A stretch of 64,000 nt of DNA, taken from an uncultured Algoriphagus sp. GTDB taxonomy: Bacteria; Bacteroidota; Bacteroidia; Cytophagales; Cyclobacteriaceae. Position 1 is the first letter of the stretch; the number at the start of each line of letters is the position of its first letter. The notes under the pieces were generated by a model. The model ran no database searches, was not told the DNA's origin, and was given only the letters and a program-made list of their open reading frames with translations. A program made the translations under genes and the position numbers. The stretch covers positions 199,274 to 263,273 of the forward strand of contig NZ_CAXBBX010000009.1 of NCBI RefSeq assembly GCF_963974365.1, in the 5' to 3' direction. Positions 19,968 through 29,938 of the stretch are shown piece after piece.

Positions 19968-21083
19968 TTATCTTCTTCTTCTGGTTGAACTTTTTACATC
20001 CATGGATCCTGAACGGCCAATAAACGTCATCTTAGTTCTAAATCCTATATGTGCTTGCGCAACATCTTCATATTCGTAAGTTCTGGTACTAGTCTCTAAG
20101 TAATGCGCGATATCCTTCCAGCTACCACCCCTTACTACTTTTCTAGGTTCATTAGGATCTGTGTAAACTGGATTCAAATCCCAAGTGATTGAACTTGATG
20201 TTGTAGCATATGCATCTTGAACCCACTCTCCGACATTCCCAGACATATTATAAAGTCCGAAACCATTTGGAGCAAACGTATCAACTGGAGCTGTATATGC
20301 AAAACCATCATCAATATAATTACCTCTGCCTGGCTTGAAGTTCGCCATTAGACATCCTCTCTTATTTTTCAAATAAGGGCCACCCCAAGGGTATTTGGCG
20401 ACTTCTTTCCCGCCTTTTGCAGCATATTCCCATTCAGCTTCAGAAGGAAGTTCAAATGCAGGCCCGTCAAAATCGACCTCATCATTTGCTCTCATGTGAT
20501 ATGTTCTCCATTCACAATATTTTTTAGCTTGATCCCAAGTAACACCCACAACAGGGTAGTTGTCAAATGCAGGATGATCAAAGTAAAACTCCATTAGAGG
20601 ATCACCATAATGATAGGCAAAGCTTGTAGACCAAACAGTAGTATCTGGTCTAAGCTCATCATAGTTCAATTGCGGAGGATCTTTCAGGGTAGTTGGCGTA
20701 CCTGTCTCGTAGGTCCCACTTTTAACGGATTCCAAAAATTGACGGTACTTGTTGTTGGACACCTCGTACTTGTCCATAAAAAATTCCGAAATGGTAATTT
20801 GCTTGTTCAAAGCAGACTGGGTGTACGCGATATCTTCATCGGCTTGACCCATCCAAAAAGTACCTGCTTTCACAGGAACCATGTCGTATGGAAGGTTTTG
20901 TTGCCAATTGGAACGCTTCGGAACTCCCGTCACCTCACCTCTTCTATTCATCTTTTCGCTAGCTGAACCTTTCTTACTAAAAAGACCGCAACTCGGCAAA
21001 ATCGTCACTAGTGCCAAACCTAAGGTAATGGGCAATAAGCGAACATTAATTTTTCTATACATAAATGACGTTTTTTCGTTCAT
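19968..21083 (-). CDS. gldK: gliding motility / T9SS lipoprotein GldK (PorK), FGE-sulfatase fold
   Basis: Lipobox ILPSCG; SUMF1/FGE-like GNVGEWVQD...RGGSW. The track start at 21086 is TTG; the ATG is at 21083. Confidence 0.9.
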   Translation of the reverse strand: MNEKTSFMYRKINVRLLPITLGLALVTILPSCGLFSKKGSASEKMNRRGEVTGVPKRSNWQQNLPYDMVPVKAGTFWMGQADEDIAYTQSALNKQITISEFFMDKYEVSNNKYRQFLESVKSGTYETGTPTTLKDPPQLNYDELRPDTTVWSTSFAYHYGDPLMEFYFDHPAFDNYPVVGVTWDQAKKYCEWRTYHMRANDEVDFDGPAFELPSEAEWEYAAKGGKEVAKYPWGGPYLKNKRGCLMANFKPGRGNYIDDGFAYTAPVDTFAPNGFGLYNMSGNVGEWVQDAYATTSSSITWDLNPVYTDPNEPRKVVRGGSWKDIAHYLETSTRTYEYEDVAQAHIGFRTKMTFIGRSGSMDVKSSTRRRR

Positions 21084-21229
21084 CAAATAATTACGCTGTG
21101 TAAAGTATTTTCAAGATTCGAAATTTAGCTGAATTTGGCACAATAATGCAAATAACCTGCCAAAATATGGGACAATGATAACAAAGACTTAAAACTTATC
21201 ATAGCTAAACTATTCCAACTCAGGCCACT

Positions 21230-22213
21230 TTAAAATCTAAATCTAGGCGTCCTTTGGATTACTCTTTGGACTTCCCTACTCACATCTGTCAATGTGTAGC
21301 GAAGCATTAATTCATGACTAGTTGGAGATTTAGCTTCCACACCACCCACAACTAGGTCAAACGCGTACCCCAATTTAAGCGAATTATCTTTCAATAAACT
21401 ATATCCTAATATAAAGGAGACTGATTCTTCACCTCGATACCCTATGCCCCCACTGATCTTATTCTGATGCGTAGCAATAACGCTGACTTCATAAGAAAAA
21501 TTATTAAATGACACTGTTTTTAATAAAAGGCTAGGTTCAATTGCTAGTTGTCCCACTGGTCTAACTCGATATCCAAATAATAGATAAGAATGATTTTTTA
21601 ATTGATTAGCATAAGATCCATCACCAAAATCAAAATTCGGTTCATTTACATGCCTTGTACTTAAACCTATATAATAATCCCGTGTATCAAATAATAATCC
21701 TGCTCCAACATTGAAATTAATCTGGCTTTCCTTTCCTGAATTAGGAAGGTTTGGCTCAGGGTTAACAACAATCAATTCGCCATAATCTATAGAACTGGAA
21801 TACATACCTAAATACGCACCAAAACTCAAAGTAGACCGATTGAGCTTTTTATGATAGGCACCCTGAAGGTTGATTTCCAAATTACTTGTAGCGCCTATTT
21901 GATCATTCACTAAGGTTAGCCCATACCCAATGTTTTTTCCTTCCATTCTCCCTTGTGCTGTAACCAATTGCGTAACCGGAGCACCTCCTTGACCTGAAGT
22001 AGTGGTATAATTCAGCCATTGAGAACGGTGCAAAGCAGAAAATCTAAATCCTCCATCTTTTCCAGCAAAAGCAGGATTATAATACATGCCATTGTACATG
22101 TACTGGGTAAACTGAGGATCCTGCTGGGCCATTAGCGACGAAATCTCAAAAAAGAAAACAATCAAGAGAATAGAATACCTCAAAAAGTATTTGGAATGGC
22201 CTTTTTGAATCAT
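21230..22213 (-). CDS. porP: PorP/SprF-family T9SS outer-membrane protein
   Basis: Signature AQQDPQFTQYMYNGMYYNPAFAG after the signal peptide; beta-barrel ending in RF. Confidence 0.9.
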   Translation of the reverse strand: MIQKGHSKYFLRYSILLIVFFFEISSLMAQQDPQFTQYMYNGMYYNPAFAGKDGGFRFSALHRSQWLNYTTTSGQGGAPVTQLVTAQGRMEGKNIGYGLTLVNDQIGATSNLEINLQGAYHKKLNRSTLSFGAYLGMYSSSIDYGELIVVNPEPNLPNSGKESQINFNVGAGLLFDTRDYYIGLSTRHVNEPNFDFGDGSYANQLKNHSYLLFGYRVRPVGQLAIEPSLLLKTVSFNNFSYEVSVIATHQNKISGGIGYRGEESVSFILGYSLLKDNSLKLGYAFDLVVGGVEAKSPTSHELMLRYTLTDVSREVQRVIQRTPRFRF

Positions 22214-22289
22214 TTTATAGTGGTTTCGTTCAAAGTAATAACTATTGTAAGAATTTAAACTGAAAAACCACAGATTTAGATTCTATGTT

Positions 22290-23063
22290 TTATAAATTAT
22301 TTACTTTTTTAATATAAAGCTCAAGAGCTCCAGTCATACTAGGAGCATTTGGCATTGGAGCTTCAATATCCAATATCAAGTCCAAATCTCGTACTGCTTG
22401 CGCGGTAGTTGGCCCAAATGCGGCTAACCTAGTATTTCCTTGTTCAAAATCAGGGAAATTGATTTTCAATGACTTAATTCCGGATGGACTGAAAAACGCC
22501 AGGATATCATATTTTACATCAGCCAAATCAGACAAATCTGCTTCCAACGTGTGGTAAATAATTGCCTCAGTGAATGCAATCCCATTCTTTTCCATATAAT
22601 CTGGAATATCATCCTTTCGAATATCAGAACAAGGAAACAAATACTTCTCAGATTTATGTTTTTTGAAATAATCAAATAAATCTTGGGCTGTCTTCTGACC
22701 TACGAATAATTTCCGCTTTCGGATTACTATGTATTTCTGAAGATAATGTGCTGTTTGATCTGAAATACAGAAATATTTCATATCTGCTGGCATTTCAATT
22801 TTGAAATCCTTACAGATCGCAAAGAAATGATCAATTGCATTACGGCTTGTGAAAATCACAGCAGTATGCTTTAGTATATCTATCTTTTGCTTTCGGAATT
22901 CCTTTGGCACAACTGGCTCTACCTTAATAAACTGCCGAAAGTCTATCTTCAGGTTATATTTCTCAGCCAACTGCATGTAGGGAGAATTTGCGCCTGCTGG
23001 GGCTGGTTGAGATACTAGAATACTTTTTACTGGTCTAAACCTGTCTTTGGTAACTACGCTCAT
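22290..23063 (-). CDS. hemD: uroporphyrinogen-III synthase-like protein
   Basis: 257 aa; ILVSQP...TAVIFTSRNAIDHFF pattern typical of Bacteroidota HemD-annotated proteins. Confidence 0.65.
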   Translation of the reverse strand: MSVVTKDRFRPVKSILVSQPAPAGANSPYMQLAEKYNLKIDFRQFIKVEPVVPKEFRKQKIDILKHTAVIFTSRNAIDHFFAICKDFKIEMPADMKYFCISDQTAHYLQKYIVIRKRKLFVGQKTAQDLFDYFKKHKSEKYLFPCSDIRKDDIPDYMEKNGIAFTEAIIYHTLEADLSDLADVKYDILAFFSPSGIKSLKINFPDFEQGNTRLAAFGPTTAQAVRDLDLILDIEAPMPNAPSMTGALELYIKKVNNL

Positions 23064-23095
23064 GCTTTGATTATTCCTTTTGGTGATTATTGCTT

Positions 23096-24217
23096 TTAAT
23101 GACCCAAATCAAGCACCAATTTGGCCAAGATTAAAAAGGGCACTAATTCTGCGATGCAAAGGTAAGTAAATAAATGATATTTCTTAAAGCCCAAGCGATT
23201 CACCATTATTAGAAACAATCCTATGATTCCTAATACATATAGCCAGAAAAATCCCATAAATGAGATTTCTAAAGCACTTTTTAACATGGAGAACTCATTG
23301 AGAAGAAAAAAAGCACAAATCAATATCAAGGAGATGGTTGCAATCACAACCAATCGAAGTAAATAAAAGAAATGAGGGAATTCTAATTTACCCAAATCAA
23401 ATAAATACGATAATATTTTTATGGCAGAAAACTTAAGAATAGTAAGTACCAAAAGACCAAATGCTCCACCAAGCCACAATAAAATAAGTGTATTGAAACT
23501 CAACTCTATTCTTGCTTCAAGCCATTGCTGTCGAAATATCACCACACTAGTCACCATCGCCAAAGACAATAGCATATTTACTATAAAGACATAAAACAAA
23601 ACATCTGCGGAGAAAAACTTATGCAAACTCCCACTTTCAGAAAAATCTTCTGCATTCAACAGAGATATAGGCTTTACCATCATAGCGAAAATGAATGGAT
23701 AAGCCAATTTATAGAAGGTGACTAATAACAGGCAAATCAAGAACCCCACCACAAAAAAATCGCGGATGTTTTGCCTGTCAAAACCTCTCCTATCAGAAAG
23801 TAGGCCGGCTTCATTCACGCTTGCCTGTATGCCTTCACGTTTCAATAATTTCCTCACGCTTGCCTTATCTGTAGAAATTCCATTTTTGAAAACAGTAAGG
23901 TTTATATGATCATCTGTAAACTCTTTTTTAAATTCTCCCACCTGCTCTGTGAATGCAGTATCCTGATCGGTAAAAAACCAAAGTTTCTCTCCTACGAAAA
24001 CTACAGAATGATCAGGGAATTCGAAAGAAAAATAAGCTAACGGAAATGATTCAGCATCTAGATCAAGGATCAACCGATCATTGGAACTAAACCAAGTTTC
24101 ACGCTCACCTTCTTGCCACTTTGAGTTATAATCTTCCAACACTTGGGAGAAAGCCAGCTGCCCCAATGCAAAAAACAATAAGAAACTAAGTATAGACTTG
24201 CAGATCAATTTTTTCAT
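23096..24217 (-). CDS. polytopic membrane protein (DUF4271-like)
   Basis: Signal peptide, a soluble ~150-aa domain, then 6 or more TM helices. ATG at 24217 (track start 24223 is TTG), 2 nt after the upstream stop. Confidence 0.5.
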   Translation of the reverse strand: MKKLICKSILSFLLFFALGQLAFSQVLEDYNSKWQEGERETWFSSNDRLILDLDAESFPLAYFSFEFPDHSVVFVGEKLWFFTDQDTAFTEQVGEFKKEFTDDHINLTVFKNGISTDKASVRKLLKREGIQASVNEAGLLSDRRGFDRQNIRDFFVVGFLICLLLVTFYKLAYPFIFAMMVKPISLLNAEDFSESGSLHKFFSADVLFYVFIVNMLLSLAMVTSVVIFRQQWLEARIELSFNTLILLWLGGAFGLLVLTILKFSAIKILSYLFDLGKLEFPHFFYLLRLVVIATISLILICAFFLLNEFSMLKSALEISFMGFFWLYVLGIIGLFLIMVNRLGFKKYHLFTYLCIAELVPFLILAKLVLDLGH

Positions 24218-24219
24218 AC

Positions 24220-25923
24220 TCAAAATCTGGCCAGATAGCCAAAATGTATCCTAGAATAGGAGAATTGTAAGGGTTGTAAATTAGACTTTCCGACTCCATA
24301 GATAAAACGGAACACTCCGGAGCCTGTATCAAGGTTGATTCCCGCTCCAAATGAAACCGGTTTATCAATAGATGGTGCAAAGTACGGGTTTTCCAGAATG
24401 CCAGCGTCAGCAAAAACCATGAGAAATGAGTTTTCTCCAAAAAAAAGCCGCTGTTCCATATTGAGATAAACATATGATCTTGCAAAAAAGTAATTCTCAT
24501 TAAAACCCCGAATAGTTTTTAGCCCTCCCAGACGGAAAAGATCATTCAACAATAAATTTTGATTTTGTGTGAAACCTCCACTTCCCTTAAACCACATTCC
24601 CCAAGTCGGTCTGATAAAAACATGTTTCTCCAACACTGCTTTCCCAAAATACTGCGGACTTTTCAAATCAATTCCTACGTAAACATCCGGAGGAAATCCA
24701 GTGTTTTCTAGGATCCTTTTATTCCCCAAAGCAAATTCACCAAACATCAAAAAACCTCGTCTCGGAAAAAATGGAGAGTCTTGTTTGTCTAATGTGAAAC
24801 CAATGCCATACTGGTTCCATCTGTAATCAGCTACGTCAGGAAGTTCCGTCACATCATCATAATCTTCAGTATTTAGGACATCGCTTGCTTGCCTCCTCGT
24901 AAAAAAACGCAGATAGCTATTTTTACTCAAGTGATATCCAAAATCCAAACTCAGGTATCGGTTTAAAAAAGTGGAATCTTGCTTCAACAAATTAAAACCG
25001 ACACTTATATCCACAGCAGAATTGAACAGAAATGACTCCTTGGCGGAAATATCCAAAGATTGTGTCGCAACATTGAGGCGCTGCCAATGCACAGCTACAT
25101 CTCTACCTTTGCCTCCCAAATGATACAATTCCAGATCCAGTTGGCCCGTAATGAGCATTTTCCCAGATTCATTTGCATTCGGAAGTAAGCCAATAATTCC
25201 ATCCAACACATTGGCATTTCTATCGCGTAGCGTAAAAGTTGGCCGCGCTTTTTTGATCTGAAAGTCGACCATTGGGGCCTGAACTACCACAAAATAAGGA
25301 GAACGACTGAGCACCTCGTTTGCATATTCTAACTGCTTTTGGGAAAAGGGATCCCCTGGCCGAATACCAACTAAATTCTCCAGATACTTTTCCTGCGTTT
25401 TGGTGTCTCCAGCTACTTTCACACTATCCCAAAGGATCAGCGGACCAGCATCGAAATTAAAAACCGCAGCCAATTCATTACCATTTCGATGAATACTATC
25501 CAGCTTTACTTGAGCAAAAGGAAACCCATTGTTCTCTGCTTCCCTGATCACATTTCGCATCCAATTTGATGCAGACGCATAATCTCGGGTCAAGGGATCT
25601 GAGTCCTTTGAAAACTCAACTGGAACATTTCCTTGGGAAATTGAACTCAGGAAATATTTCTCACCAAGCACAAAATCAACAAGAAGGGAATCATTAGCTA
25701 TTTCTGTCTTTTTCGTAAAAAGCCCTAAATAGCCAATATTTTGGAAGGCACTCTGGATAGAATCTGCATAATTTTCACCAGCAGATTTGGAAGAAAAACC
25801 TTTCCACTCAGAATCATAGGAAGAATCATCGCAAGTCAATTTCACCCAATACTCATTTTGTGCTTCGCAAATCAATCCTCCGCAAAGAAAGAAAAGGAAG
25901 AATGCCAAAAGGGAGATTTTCAA
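24220..25923 (-). CDS. Omp85/BamA-TamA-family outer-membrane protein (second paralog)
   Basis: POTRA-like segment (VKVAGDTKTQEKYLENLVGIRPGDPF) and a D15-type barrel ending in ARF. TTG at 25923 gives the signal peptide (M)KISLLAFFLFFLCGGLICEAQ. The longer track ORF would overlap hemW. Confidence 0.75.
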   Translation of the reverse strand: MKISLLAFFLFFLCGGLICEAQNEYWVKLTCDDSSYDSEWKGFSSKSAGENYADSIQSAFQNIGYLGLFTKKTEIANDSLLVDFVLGEKYFLSSISQGNVPVEFSKDSDPLTRDYASASNWMRNVIREAENNGFPFAQVKLDSIHRNGNELAAVFNFDAGPLILWDSVKVAGDTKTQEKYLENLVGIRPGDPFSQKQLEYANEVLSRSPYFVVVQAPMVDFQIKKARPTFTLRDRNANVLDGIIGLLPNANESGKMLITGQLDLELYHLGGKGRDVAVHWQRLNVATQSLDISAKESFLFNSAVDISVGFNLLKQDSTFLNRYLSLDFGYHLSKNSYLRFFTRRQASDVLNTEDYDDVTELPDVADYRWNQYGIGFTLDKQDSPFFPRRGFLMFGEFALGNKRILENTGFPPDVYVGIDLKSPQYFGKAVLEKHVFIRPTWGMWFKGSGGFTQNQNLLLNDLFRLGGLKTIRGFNENYFFARSYVYLNMEQRLFFGENSFLMVFADAGILENPYFAPSIDKPVSFGAGINLDTGSGVFRFIYGVGKSNLQPLQFSYSRIHFGYLARF

Positions 25924-25968
25924 AGGGCTGGCTGGATTGATTATATTCGCAAAATAATAGAATTCACT

Positions 25969-27090
25969 TTGTCGGGCATATACATACACATTCCTTTTTG
26001 CAGGCAGGCTTGCCATTACTGCGATTTTCATTTCAGCACCAAGTTGGACAATATGGATCAGATGGCTGAAATGATTTGCAGAGAATTGGAATTGAGAGCT
26101 AACTATATTCAAAATAGACTGGTAGAAACTATCTATTTTGGAGGAGGAACTCCTTCACTTTTGCCCCCAAATTTGATCGAGAAAATCCTAGATAAGATTG
26201 CCAAGACATACAACACAAATTGGAAGGAAGTAACTCTTGAAGCAAACCCAGACGACTTGAGTGTGGAAAACCTAAGCGCTTGGAAAACCTTGGGAATCGA
26301 TCGACTGAGCCTCGGTATTCAAAGTTTTGATGAGGAAGTCCTGAAATTCTACAACCGCGCCCATACTGCAGACGAATCCAAGTCTGCAATAAATAAAGCA
26401 CGGAAAGTAGGTTTTGAAAAATTCAGCTTAGACCTGATATATGGTTTTCCACAGCCTGATCATTCGTTATGGAAACGGGATTTATTAGAAGCAATCTCAC
26501 AAAATCCAGGGCATATTTCTAGCTATGCACTTACCGTAGAACCTAAAACGGCTCTTGGGACCTGGACTTCTAAAGGCCAATTCCAGCCTGCAGATGATGA
26601 TTTTGTCGCTGAGCAATTTGAAATCCTTCAAGAAGAAACAGACAAAGCTGGCTACATTCAGTATGAGGTGTCCAACTTCGGAAAACCAGATCAATTTGCC
26701 ATACATAACACAAACTATTGGCAAAGAACCCCTTACTTAGGCGTAGGCCCTAGTGCACATTCATTTGATGGAAAAAATAGAGGGGCAAATCCTTCCAATA
26801 ATACGCGTTATCTGAAAAGCTTAACAGGCAGAAAGATCCCATTTGTTGTGGACAACCTTACTGAGGATGAGCGATTAAATGAATACATGCTTACGGGATT
26901 GAGAACGCTGTGGGGAATTGATTTTGAAGTTATCCACAAGGAATTTGGTTATGATCTTTTAAGTGCGAAGAAATCTATTTTAGCTCAGATGGATGAAGAG
27001 GGATGGCTGGTGTGGAAGGATAAAAACCTATCTTTGAGCAAAAGCGGAAAACTTTTAGCTGACAGTATTGCGGCTGCACTTTTCGTTTGA
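25969..27090 (+). CDS. hemW: radical SAM heme chaperone HemW / oxygen-independent coproporphyrinogen oxidase-like
   Basis: In-frame TTG at 25969 gives (M)SGIYIHIPFCRQACHYCDF with the CxxxCxxC cluster motif; about 374 aa. Confidence 0.9.
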   Translation: MSGIYIHIPFCRQACHYCDFHFSTKLDNMDQMAEMICRELELRANYIQNRLVETIYFGGGTPSLLPPNLIEKILDKIAKTYNTNWKEVTLEANPDDLSVENLSAWKTLGIDRLSLGIQSFDEEVLKFYNRAHTADESKSAINKARKVGFEKFSLDLIYGFPQPDHSLWKRDLLEAISQNPGHISSYALTVEPKTALGTWTSKGQFQPADDDFVAEQFEILQEETDKAGYIQYEVSNFGKPDQFAIHNTNYWQRTPYLGVGPSAHSFDGKNRGANPSNNTRYLKSLTGRKIPFVVDNLTEDERLNEYMLTGLRTLWGIDFEVIHKEFGYDLLSAKKSILAQMDEEGWLVWKDKNLSLSKSGKLLADSIAAALFV

Positions 27091-27102
27091 GAAAACTTCA
27101 TT

Positions 27103-27414
27103 ATGAGCAAAGACGGATATTTTAGTAGAAAAAAGGAAGTGGCTCCACTTGAGTCAGCATTCAATGATTTGCTCAAGGCGTACCGATTGGAGGGGAAATT
27201 CAGAGAAAAATCACTCGTCCACGATTGGCCAGAACTAGTGGGAAAAACTATCGCAGACCGAACCACTTCAGTATTCATCAAAGACAAAAAGCTATTTGTA
27301 AAACTTAACTCTGGACCGATTAAGAAAGAATTACTGATGAACAAGAGCAAGGTTCTCACGCTGATTGAAGGAAAATATGGAGCAGGAGTCATTGATGATT
27401 TGGTCTGCATGTAA
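27103..27414 (+). CDS. DUF721-like small protein
   Basis: 103 aa; pattern W..VG......T.......L.V...S......EL. Confidence 0.55.
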   Translation: MSKDGYFSRKKEVAPLESAFNDLLKAYRLEGKFREKSLVHDWPELVGKTIADRTTSVFIKDKKLFVKLNSGPIKKELLMNKSKVLTLIEGKYGAGVIDDLVCM

Positions 27415-27524
27415 CTACTAATCTGAGCCTTCTAATTTAGACTTTTTAACATCCTCACCGCTCACTTACCAATCCACTTTCACGGTTTTTCAATCCTTAT
27501 GAGTATTATTGTGGAAGCACATCC

Positions 27525-29585
27525 ATGATCAAACTACCACCAATCCATATCGGAAAGCTAAGCTTGTTGCTCGCCATCCTGGTATGGCTTGCTTTGCTGT
27601 TTGTGAATTTGGTGAGACTGGTTGGCACTCTGAACCAAATGGACTCAGGAATCGCCATTGAGTTCACCTGGATCCTGCAGACGCTGTTTTATTTGACCGT
27701 TTATGGTTTTTATAAATACTCAATCACCAAAAGCTCTCAAAGTGATTTTCTCAACCTTATTTGGAGAGGAGCGTCTACAGGGATTTTTGCAGTAGCCGTT
27801 TACATAGCTATTGATTTGTTTTACCGCTCTCTTGGCGAAAGTAAACTCGCTACAGAGCCTTTTTTGATGACATTTTTCTATCATGTCCGCTTCGGATTAC
27901 TGACTATATTTTTGATTTCGACTTCGCTTTTATGGCAACATCTCATTCTTTACCAAAAGACCAAACGAGTTGTAAAGCAGTGGCAGGCCTATGAAATAGC
28001 ACTATTGGTGTCTATGTTTTTGGTATTCTTCGATAGAGGTATTAACGAATACAGTTTCTTCTTCGGGTTGGTACTTCTTGGGATACTTGCAGCTATTCTT
28101 TCCACTAATTTGAAGTGGATTCCTTACCTGACTTTCAAGGAGAAATGGAAGTCCTTACTCTTCCTTTCTGTTATTATTGCCTCAGTAGGCTATTTCCTTT
28201 GGTACACATTTTCGGAAGAAAAAGACTATACCTATCAGGCTAATCTTACCTGGAACTTATTCATAGTTTCCATTTTTTGGTTCGTGCTGATCTACGCTGT
28301 TCTCGGGTTCCTCGTCACCCTTTTCAATCTTCCTACTTCTTCAGTTTTTGAACAAAAACTAACTGAAGCGATTAATTTCCAGCGACTCAGTCAGTCTATT
28401 CAGCCTGAGGAAAGCGAGGAAGAGGTGTTGGATATATTGATGGATTCCTGTATGAGTGCTGCTTATGCAGATGCAGCCTGGCTGGAAATGACCAGCGAAG
28501 AATTCCCTGCAGGTTTTACCCAAGAGCGTTTTATTGATAGAAAAACGAGGGAGGAAATCTCTGATCTAATCCAAAACCAGAAAGTAGTACAGGAATGGTC
28601 TTCGGAGAAAAGACCAGATAACCTAAACCCGATTACGTTGAGGCTGGACAATCCAAAGTACGAATCGGCTCTGCTGGTCCCTCTGGTGATCAACAAATCG
28701 GTAATTGGAAAAATAGTGCTTTGTAAGGAAGTGCGGGAAGGTTTCAATAAAGAAATGCTGAACATCATCAGCACTTTTGCAAGGCAAGCCTGCATCGCTG
28801 TGGAAAATCATCGATTGCTCAACCAAGCTATTCAAAATGAACGCTACCAAGAGGAATTGAAAATCGCACAGCGCGTGCAGAAATCACTTCTTCCGACGCT
28901 ATTAGATCATAACCAATCCTTTGAAATTTGCGCCTATTCCAATGCAGCGGATGAAGTAGGGGGGGATTATTACGATACGTATAAACTCGATGAAGATAGG
29001 TATGTATTGATCATCGGTGACGTTTCTGGTAAAGGAACTTCAGCGGCTTTTCACATGTCTCAGATGAAAGGTATATTTCAAAGTCTGATTCAATTGAATC
29101 TCAGCCCTGCCGATTTTATGATCAAAGCAAATGCTGCTTTGAGTAAATGTCTGGAAAGGAACCATTTCATCACCGCTTCTATTTTTATCATCAACACTAC
29201 GAAACAAACTATCTGTCATTCACGTGCAGGTCATGTCCCTACCCTAATTCATAAGTCAGGGTTGAACAAATCAGAATATTTGGAGATTGATGGATTAGGT
29301 TTGGGGATTTTAAGAAACATGCAATATGAAAATCACGTTGTGGAAAGAACCTTTACCTATCACTCAGGAGATGTATTAGTCCTATTCACAGATGGTATTG
29401 TAGAGGCAAAAAATGACAAGTCTCATCAATTTGGTTATGAGCGAATCAGAACCCTGTTGGAAGTTTATCACGAATTAAACCCACAAGAACTTCAGACCAA
29501 AATCATCAACTCACTCCATGAATTTGTAGGTGGAGATGGCTTGATAGATGACGATTATTCTATGATGGTGGTAAAATTCACTTAA
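27525..29585 (+). CDS. membrane-anchored GAF-domain PP2C/SpoIIE-family serine phosphatase (RsbU-like)
   Basis: About 8 N-terminal TM helices and a central GAF-like region; PP2C motifs GGDYYD, GDVSGKGTSAAFHMS, TDGIVEAKN and DDYSMMVVKF. Confidence 0.85.
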   Translation: MIKLPPIHIGKLSLLLAILVWLALLFVNLVRLVGTLNQMDSGIAIEFTWILQTLFYLTVYGFYKYSITKSSQSDFLNLIWRGASTGIFAVAVYIAIDLFYRSLGESKLATEPFLMTFFYHVRFGLLTIFLISTSLLWQHLILYQKTKRVVKQWQAYEIALLVSMFLVFFDRGINEYSFFFGLVLLGILAAILSTNLKWIPYLTFKEKWKSLLFLSVIIASVGYFLWYTFSEEKDYTYQANLTWNLFIVSIFWFVLIYAVLGFLVTLFNLPTSSVFEQKLTEAINFQRLSQSIQPEESEEEVLDILMDSCMSAAYADAAWLEMTSEEFPAGFTQERFIDRKTREEISDLIQNQKVVQEWSSEKRPDNLNPITLRLDNPKYESALLVPLVINKSVIGKIVLCKEVREGFNKEMLNIISTFARQACIAVENHRLLNQAIQNERYQEELKIAQRVQKSLLPTLLDHNQSFEICAYSNAADEVGGDYYDTYKLDEDRYVLIIGDVSGKGTSAAFHMSQMKGIFQSLIQLNLSPADFMIKANAALSKCLERNHFITASIFIINTTKQTICHSRAGHVPTLIHKSGLNKSEYLEIDGLGLGILRNMQYENHVVERTFTYHSGDVLVLFTDGIVEAKNDKSHQFGYERIRTLLEVYHELNPQELQTKIINSLHEFVGGDGLIDDDYSMMVVKFT

Positions 29586-29604
29586 AAATAAAGAAAGCTA
29601 GAAA

Positions 29605-29937
29605 ATGCTAACGATAGAAACCCAAGAAGAAAACGGACACGATATTTTGTTCCTAAAAGGTGAAGTAGATGCCAGTAACTCGGTCATCTTGGATGAGGCG
29701 ATTACCAAAATGATTGCTGATGGAAGCAGCTCCATCTTTGTCGATGGATCAGGACTGGAATATATTTCTTCGGCAGGTTTGGGCGTATTTATGTCCTATT
29801 TGGAAGATTTTCAAGATAATAATATAGACTTGAAAATCTACTCGCTATCAGACCGCGTATTTGAAGTGTTTAAAATTCTGGGATTAGACCAACTTATGAA
29901 CATCTATCCTGACAAAAAAACTGCTTTGAAAAGCTAA
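29605..29937 (+). CDS. STAS-domain anti-sigma-factor antagonist (RsbV/SpoIIAA-like)
   Basis: 110 aa; conserved phosphorylatable-Ser context DGSGLEYISSAGLGVF. Confidence 0.85.
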   Translation: MLTIETQEENGHDILFLKGEVDASNSVILDEAITKMIADGSSSIFVDGSGLEYISSAGLGVFMSYLEDFQDNNIDLKIYSLSDRVFEVFKILGLDQLMNIYPDKKTALKS

Positions 29938-29938
29938 A

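Noticed and set aside
19968-21083. GldK as a possible formylglycine-generating enzyme to mature the Cys-type sulfatase at 972-2540.
   Set aside because: GldK/PorK shares the FGE fold but is known as a structural T9SS lipoprotein. It is 17 kb away in a different operon, so there is no basis for a functional link.
24186-24500. 104-aa minus-strand ORF spanning the Omp85-paralog / DUF4271 junction.
   Set aside because: It is an alternative frame of two well-supported genes, and its start lies inside the Omp85-like barrel region.
26985-27410. 141-aa ORF antisense to the DUF721-like gene and the hemW 3' end.
   Set aside because: It is Ser/Phe/Leu-rich shadow-frame sequence. It overlaps two sense genes that have good starts and tight spacing.
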